A stretch of DNA of 20,832 nucleotides from an uncultured archaeon (GTDB taxonomy: Archaea > Iainarchaeota > Iainarchaeia > Iainarchaeales > GCA-2688035), in the NCBI GenBank assembly GCA_964354805.1, contig CAYHBD010000018.1, positions 1-20,832 of the forward strand. The letters run 5' to 3'. The notes beneath the pieces are model-generated. The model did not search any database. It was not told where the DNA came from and saw only the letters and a list, made by a program, of their open reading frames with translations. Position 1 is the stretch's first letter, and every line of letters begins with the position of its first letter. The position numbers were made by a program, and so were the translations under genes. Of this stretch, positions 15,882-20,832 are shown piece by piece.

Positions 15882-15908
15882 ATTATATAACGCATTAAGT
15901 TATATAAT
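15882..15908. promoter_or_regulatory. Perfect 10-bp inverted repeat, putative operator
   Basis: ATTATATAAC-GCATTAA-GTTATATAAT, directly upstream of the HTH gene and overlapping TATA-like sequence. Confidence 0.6.
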
Positions 15909-15933
15909 CTTAACGGTTATGCCTTGCCCCAGC

Positions 15934-16263
15934 TTATTTTTCCAAAAATTTTGTCCTGTATACGCGCCAGTTCTTCCTGATGTTTTCAATGAATTCCTGC
16001 AGCGTTGTAAAATTCTTCTCCCTGTTCAAGTATCTCTTTTCAGGGCGCTTGAAGAAAAACTGGTGCACGTTTAGTGTTTCGTGCTTGCTGCAGTCAAACC
16101 GTATGACTTCAAATGTTTCACCATCAATTGTGGTTAAGTAAATCACTGCGAATTCCTCAACTTCCTTGAAGTCAGCTGAAAAAACAAACCTGACAAAAAG
16201 CTTGTTCTCTTTTTCGCTGTCAAGGTACTCGCTCCAGCTCTGCTGCCTGCCCTCTTCCACCAT
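15934..16263 (-). CDS. Small hypothetical protein resembling DUF6516/TumE-like putative toxins
   Basis: Pattern FAVIY....GETFEVIRFD.SKHE...VH. Lies upstream of the COG4190-like HTH gene. ATG at 16263 is about 30 nt after TTTTAATT. Confidence 0.5.
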   Translation of the reverse strand: MVEEGRQQSWSEYLDSEKENKLFVRFVFSADFKEVEEFAVIYLTTIDGETFEVIRFDCSKHETLNVHQFFFKRPEKRYLNREKNFTTLQEFIENIRKNWRVYRTKFLEK

Positions 16264-16373
16264 GCCGCGCCCGATATTATCCGGCAAAAGAGTCAATTAA
16301 AATGGCGCTGGAAGAGCAGCCTTCCGCTGGTCAAGTTGATTTTAATACAATTAGTAAATCGACGTTCGCTTTT

Positions 16374-17687
16374 TCACGCAAACTCCAATGAACGCACAAC
16401 AAATTCCAGCTCGTTGCTGAAAGCGTTTTCTTTTGCGTTCCCTATTGCTTTCAGTTGTTTTCCAACAAGCTTGTCCTGCAATTGCTGAATTATTTGCTCC
16501 GGGCCAATGCTTTCAATCAGCTCCCTCAACTGCTCTTTCTGCAGACCCATTAGTTTCTCAGCACTCAGCCCATACGCAACCGCGTTTATTTGGCTGCTTC
16601 CGTCATCCAAACGAACAGACAGCACTGCCCTGATGTCCTGTTCCTTTGAACCGCATTTTTCGCACTGCATTGCTGTTTCAGTGCGCTGCATTTTTGAGCC
16701 GCATTTTGCGCACACTGAATAGCGCAGCTGCCCCTGGTTTACCGCAACAACCGCTGCCTGCAATGCAACGAATTTTGTTGCTGCATCCAGTTCGCTTATT
16801 CTCCTGCTCTCTGTTTTGTCCTGCATCAGCTGCATTGCGCTTGGAATTGCGGCATCTGTTTTTGGGTTTGCAAGAATGCGCGCCCTCCATCCCAGGTGCA
16901 GTTCAATCCCCTGCAATCCTTCCTTTGTGTAGGCCCCCTCAAATTTCACTAAATCGTTTTCCTGCAGTTTTTCGGCTGCATCAACCAAATCATTCCAGGC
17001 AGTTGCCCTAATGGTGGCAGTTTCGTCCGCAACAAGAAAATTCATTACCCTTCCTTTTCCACTTTCCTTTTCAAACTCTGTTACCGGAAACAAGCGCAGT
17101 ACTCTTACAATTGTTGCAACATCATTCATTTCAGCCCTCAGTTCGCTGAGCTTTGACTGCCTTTCCTCTGCATTCGGCAAGCTTCTGCTATCAACATTTT
17201 TTGGCTCAACAACCATGCTGCCATTGTAGGAAAGGTTCAGCTGGGGCTTGTTGTTGAAGCTCTTGGCATAGCAATTGTGCAGCAGCAGAACGCTTCCTTT
17301 TTGCACGCCTGCTTCCTGCATTTTCCTTACATCATTGTGCCACAGGGTCAGCCTAGTTTCGCCTGAATCATCAGCAATAATAATATTGCACAGCGTGCCC
17401 TTTGTCCCGTTTCTCTCAAAGCTTTTCGGGCTGAAAACATGCATTACCCTTACAAGCAGATCAACATTCTGCATTCCGTCCTGCAGCTGCCCGATTGAAA
17501 CCCTGTGCATTTCCTGCTGCGTTGCAAGTTCAATTCCAAGTTCTCTTGCAACCATGAAAGCAGCGCCATCATCAGTAAGCAGGCCTGACAATTTGCTTTT
17601 CTTTGCTTTAATCAGTTGCTCGACTTCGCGCTTGCTTTTGCCGCTTGAAGAAATAATTTTTTCAATTAGCTCTGTTGCCTGCTGCAA
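16374..17687 (-). CDS. rpa: Replication protein A (multi-OB-fold ssDNA-binding protein with Zn finger)
   Basis: N-terminal GLLTDDGAAFMVARELG. OB folds with ADDSGETRLTLW, ADETATIRATAW and LDDGSSQI. Zn finger CAKC...CEKC. Confidence 0.92.
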   Translation of the reverse strand: MQQATELIEKIISSSGKSKREVEQLIKAKKSKLSGLLTDDGAAFMVARELGIELATQQEMHRVSIGQLQDGMQNVDLLVRVMHVFSPKSFERNGTKGTLCNIIIADDSGETRLTLWHNDVRKMQEAGVQKGSVLLLHNCYAKSFNNKPQLNLSYNGSMVVEPKNVDSRSLPNAEERQSKLSELRAEMNDVATIVRVLRLFPVTEFEKESGKGRVMNFLVADETATIRATAWNDLVDAAEKLQENDLVKFEGAYTKEGLQGIELHLGWRARILANPKTDAAIPSAMQLMQDKTESRRISELDAATKFVALQAAVVAVNQGQLRYSVCAKCGSKMQRTETAMQCEKCGSKEQDIRAVLSVRLDDGSSQINAVAYGLSAEKLMGLQKEQLRELIESIGPEQIIQQLQDKLVGKQLKAIGNAKENAFSNELEFVVRSLEFA

Positions 17688-17805
17688 AAAAGAAAACCCC
17701 CACTATTTTGAACAGGAAAAGAATTTTAATTGAATCCTTTGTTATGTATAAAAAAATAAGTTTTTGAATTATTTTGTTTGAATTTTTTCTTGTGGCATAT
17801 AAAGT

Positions 17806-18423
17806 TTATGTATTGCCACTTTTTTTGATGAAACTTTTTCCAAAAGTTTCTTGTATCTTTTTTTCGTTTTCAGTGAACAAATTTCCCCCGTGCGCATCAA
17901 TTGCAACAATCAACGGCCCGAAATCTTTCACCTGCAATTGCCAGACTGCTTCCGCTTCACCGTTTTCCTTCAGCCAGAAAACGCCTGCAACTTTTTTCAC
18001 GCTTTGTGCCAGCACTGCCGCTGTTCCGCCAACCGCAGCCAAATAAACGCAGCCGGTTTCGCGCATTGCATCCGCTGTTTCTTTGCCCATGCCCCCCTTT
18101 CCAATCACTGCCCTTATTTTGAAACGCTTAATAAGCTCTGGCTCAAATGATTCAAGCCTTGCGCTTGTTGTAGGGCCAATTACAACCACTTTCCAGCCCT
18201 GTTTTGTTTTCCGCATTATTGGCCCGGCATGGAATATTGCCTGCTCCCTTAAATCAAAAGGGATTTCTTTCCCGCCCTGCAGCAAATCAAATACCCTCTT
18301 GTGCGCTTTGTCCCTAAAAGTGAAGATTTCGCCGTCTAAAGAAACAACATCTCCTGCCTGCAACCCTAGAACAGTTTCTCTGCTCAGTGGGGTTTTCAAT
18401 TTAATTAATTTGCTTCCAGCCAT
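17806..18423 (-). CDS. Class I fumarate hydratase / tartrate dehydratase, beta subunit
   Basis: GDVVSLDGEIFTFRDKAH, HAGP, GPTTSARL, IGKGGM, GPLIVAIDAHG. Likely start is ATG 18423. Confidence 0.92.
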   Translation of the reverse strand: MAGSKLIKLKTPLSRETVLGLQAGDVVSLDGEIFTFRDKAHKRVFDLLQGGKEIPFDLREQAIFHAGPIMRKTKQGWKVVVIGPTTSARLESFEPELIKRFKIRAVIGKGGMGKETADAMRETGCVYLAAVGGTAAVLAQSVKKVAGVFWLKENGEAEAVWQLQVKDFGPLIVAIDAHGGNLFTENEKKIQETFGKSFIKKSGNT

Positions 18424-18451
18424 AAATGACCCTGCTTTAACGATTTTCAAT

Positions 18452-19327
18452 TTAATTAATTTTGATTTTTCCATTGTTGTAAAACCTCGCTTTCGCTTTT
18501 CTCCCAGGCCAGCAGTTGTTTGCAATGCCAACAGGCAAAGTTGCAGTGTGCGTGCCTGCAATTTCAATGTTGGCAGCCAGCGCGCTGTGCTTTCCACCCA
18601 AACCCATTGGTCCAATGCCAAGGCTGTTTATTTTTTCCAGCAACTCTCTTTCCATAGCAGCAATTTTTTTGTCCTTGCTCCATTCACCCGGTTCCCTCAA
18701 AGTTGCTTTTTTAGCCAAATTCAAGCAAATGTCTGCTCCGCCGCCGATGCCTATCCCTATTATGCAGGGAGGGCAGCATTTTCCCGCCCATTCTGCTGCT
18801 GTTTCAACAATGAATTGCTTGACCTCTTCAGCTGAAGCGGTTGGTTCAAACATTCGCAGCCTGCTCATGTTTTCGCTGCCGCCTCCCTTTGGGTAAAAAA
18901 CAATTTCCAAATAATTTCCTTTGAAAAAATCAAAGAAAACAAAAGGAAACCCAAGCCCGCAATTGTTGCCGCTATTTTCTCTTGAAATAGGGTGCACTAT
19001 GTTCGCCCTTAAAGGAATTTGCTTTGTTGCCTTTCTCACAGCTTCCCCCAGCGCTTCGCACAGGTCAAAATTCAATTTGAATTTGCTGCCAATCCTTGCG
19101 TAAAAAACCGGCACTCCCGTGTCCTGGCAGAGAGGAATCCGCTTCTCTCTCGCAACCTTGAAGTTTTCCAGCATTTGCCCCAGCTGCAATTCGGCAAGCC
19201 CACCGTTTTCTTCCCTGCACTGCTTTTCAATTTCCCTTTTGTTCGCATCAGAGCCAAAAACAATTGCTTTCCGCATTGCCTCAACAATTGCCTCAACAAA
19301 TTGCCGTTTTTTTATTCCGCTGCCCAA
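18452..19327 (-). CDS. Class I (Fe-S) fumarate hydratase / tartrate dehydratase, alpha subunit
   Basis: PLCQDTG, PKGGGSEN, CCPPCIIGIGIGG, LGIGPMGLGG, HTATLPVGIANNCW. Confidence 0.93.
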   Translation of the reverse strand: MGSGIKKRQFVEAIVEAMRKAIVFGSDANKREIEKQCREENGGLAELQLGQMLENFKVAREKRIPLCQDTGVPVFYARIGSKFKLNFDLCEALGEAVRKATKQIPLRANIVHPISRENSGNNCGLGFPFVFFDFFKGNYLEIVFYPKGGGSENMSRLRMFEPTASAEEVKQFIVETAAEWAGKCCPPCIIGIGIGGGADICLNLAKKATLREPGEWSKDKKIAAMERELLEKINSLGIGPMGLGGKHSALAANIEIAGTHTATLPVGIANNCWPGRKAKARFYNNGKIKIN

Positions 19328-19423
19328 AACAACCCCCTTTGAATAGTATAAGTAAAACTAATAAAACACAATCTCATCAAAATTTCGAAACATTTTTTTA
19401 ATCAACCGCTATTACTATTTTTC

Positions 19424-20089
19424 ATGAACCAAAAAATTTCAGAAAACGTTTTCGCGTTCATCGCAGAGCAGGAAGGCAGCAACTGCTTTCTGCTGAAAGG
19501 CAGCAAACGCATTGCTTTGATTGACAGCAGCGCTGCAGGCAACGGCAGGCAGCTGCTTGCGTTTCTAAAAGAAATAAAATTGGATGCAGGAAGCATTGAT
19601 TTGATTCTGCACACCCACGGCCATGCTGACCACATTGGCTGCGATTCACTTTTTCCAAAAGCGGAGATTGCAATGCATGAGCTGGATGCAAAGAGAATAA
19701 ATGAAAGCGATTTTGTTTTCGCCTGCGCACACTTCTTCCCAGGAACCGCGCTGCCCAAAATTTCGATGTTCCTTAAAAACAACCAATTGATTGATTTGGG
19801 CAATTTGCAGCTGCGCATTCTGTACACTCCAGGTCACACAGCAGGCAGCGTTTGCTTCCTGCTCGAGAAGCAGGACGTGCTTTTCAGCGGCGACACTTTG
19901 TTTGCTGGTGGCTTTGGGAGAACTGATTTGCCAACAGGGAACGAAACCCAGCTTTATGAAAGCCTGCAGAAGCTGCAAAAATTAGCCTTTAATGCCTTGT
20001 TGCCAGGGCACGGCCCTGTGCTGCAGGGGGCGAAGCAAAACAGGCAGAACCTTGAATTGATGCTGCGGGAAATTGGGCAAATTGATTAA
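19424..20089 (+). CDS. Metallo-beta-lactamase-fold hydrolase (glyoxalase II-like)
   Basis: THGHADHIG, TPGHTAGS, FSGDTLF, GRTDLP, PGHG. Confidence 0.93.
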   Translation: MNQKISENVFAFIAEQEGSNCFLLKGSKRIALIDSSAAGNGRQLLAFLKEIKLDAGSIDLILHTHGHADHIGCDSLFPKAEIAMHELDAKRINESDFVFACAHFFPGTALPKISMFLKNNQLIDLGNLQLRILYTPGHTAGSVCFLLEKQDVLFSGDTLFAGGFGRTDLPTGNETQLYESLQKLQKLAFNALLPGHGPVLQGAKQNRQNLELMLREIGQID

Positions 20090-20140
20090 ACTATTGCCTT
20101 TTTATAGGTTTTTTGGCAAGGTAATTTAGAGTGAGCCAAA

Positions 20141-20832
20141 ATGCAGGAAGGAAAGATTTACAGGCAAATAATTGAGAAAATTGCGCAGGATGGCGGGCTT
20201 ACTTTCATGCAATTTGACCCGCCTAATTATCCATCGGAGGCAATTGGCGGGATTGCAAGGATTGCCGAAGAAAACGGTGTTGATGCGTTCGCTGTCGGCG
20301 GAAGCCTTAACGCGCAGGGAAAGATGCTGAATGACGCGCTGAAGCAGATCAAGGAAAACAGCAGCCTGCCGAGAATAATTTTTCCCGGAAACATTGCAAC
20401 CATAAGCAAGCACGCTGACGCAATCTACTTCATGTCAATGCTAAACAGCAACGACCCCTACTGGATTACCGGCGCGCAGATTGGAAGCAGCTTTCCGGTA
20501 AAGCAGCTTGGCCTTGAAGTAATTCCAACTTCTTACATTATCATTGAGCCAGGCGAGGCAGCAGGCTGGATGGGCAGAGCCCAGCTTATCCCAAGAAACA
20601 AGCCTTACCTTGCAGCTGCAACAGCGCTCGCAGGCCAGTATTTGGGCAGCAAATTAATTATTCTTGAATCAGGCGGCGGAGCCCCTGAACCATGCCCTGC
20701 TGAAATGGTTTCTGCAACAAAAAAAGTGCTTGATGTTCCACTGCTTGTTGCAGGCGGTGTGCGTAATGCAAAGTTTGCGTATGAAACAATCAGGGCAGGC
20801 GCTGACATTGTTCAGGTCGGTTCAGCCTTTGA
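20141..20832 (+). CDS. Geranylgeranylglyceryl phosphate synthase (group II), truncated by the window edge; absent from the ORF track
   Basis: Translation from ATG 20141: MQEGKIY...QFDP...VDAFAVGGS...IIFPGN...ADAIYFMSMLNSNDPYWITGAQ...SYIIIEPG...LESGGGA...VAGGVR...AGADIVQVG. The frame stays open to the window end. Confidence 0.92.
   Translation, partial: MQEGKIYRQIIEKIAQDGGLTFMQFDPPNYPSEAIGGIARIAEENGVDAFAVGGSLNAQGKMLNDALKQIKENSSLPRIIFPGNIATISKHADAIYFMSMLNSNDPYWITGAQIGSSFPVKQLGLEVIPTSYIIIEPGEAAGWMGRAQLIPRNKPYLAAATALAGQYLGSKLIILESGGGAPEPCPAEMVSATKKVLDVPLLVAGGVRNAKFAYETIRAGADIVQVGSAF

Larger units (their letters stand above)
15415..16331. repeat. Perfect 20-bp direct repeats bracketing the two-gene module
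   Basis: AAGAGCAGCCTTCCGCTGGT at 15415-15434 and 16312-16331. Confidence 0.9.

Noticed and set aside
18424-18621. Long N-terminal extension of the fumarase beta subunit
   Set aside because: It overlaps the conserved C-terminus of the alpha subunit. Family similarity begins at Met 18423.
4616-20808. Numerous other ORF-track entries overlapping assigned genes (e.g. 4616-5284, 5294-6004, 9477-10139, 18083-18835, 20126-20413)
   Set aside because: They are antisense or alternate-frame shadows of well-supported genes and show no motifs.

Overview
Archaeal chromosomal window. It carries a class I LysRS, archaeal-type TPI, RadA, RPA, a group II GGGP synthase, an archaeal SRP RNA, a tRNA with a BHB intron, and TATA/BRE-type promoters. 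The gene mix, especially the bacterial-type long RelA/SpoT homolog, suggests a DPANN lineage such as Diapherotrites/Iainarchaeota; this is inference. Gene order: hairpin-rich repeats, tRNA-Lys(CTT), free-standing LAGLIDADG endonuclease, tRNA-Phe(GAA) with a D-loop intron, HExxH orphan, Nudix hydrolase, surface protein, lysS, KaiC-like ATPase and long RSH (minus strand), tpiA plus an HPF-like gene, Lys-rich protein, GH130, SRP RNA, small beta-barrel protein, an unannotated 34-aa basic peptide, intein-containing radA, a putative toxin-antitoxin pair bracketed by 20-bp direct repeats, RPA, two-subunit fumarase, MBL hydrolase, and a partial GGGPS. Main leads: (1) an apparently hydrolase-dead, ribosome-type (p)ppGpp synthetase divergently paired with a hibernation-factor-like gene, a candidate archaeal stringent-response/hibernation module; (2) a CAGCGGAAG-N4-CTCT motif at near-fixed distance upstream of TATA-like boxes of radA, the TA pair and the endonuclease, a candidate DNA-damage regulon element. 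All family assignments come from motif recognition by eye; no searches were run.
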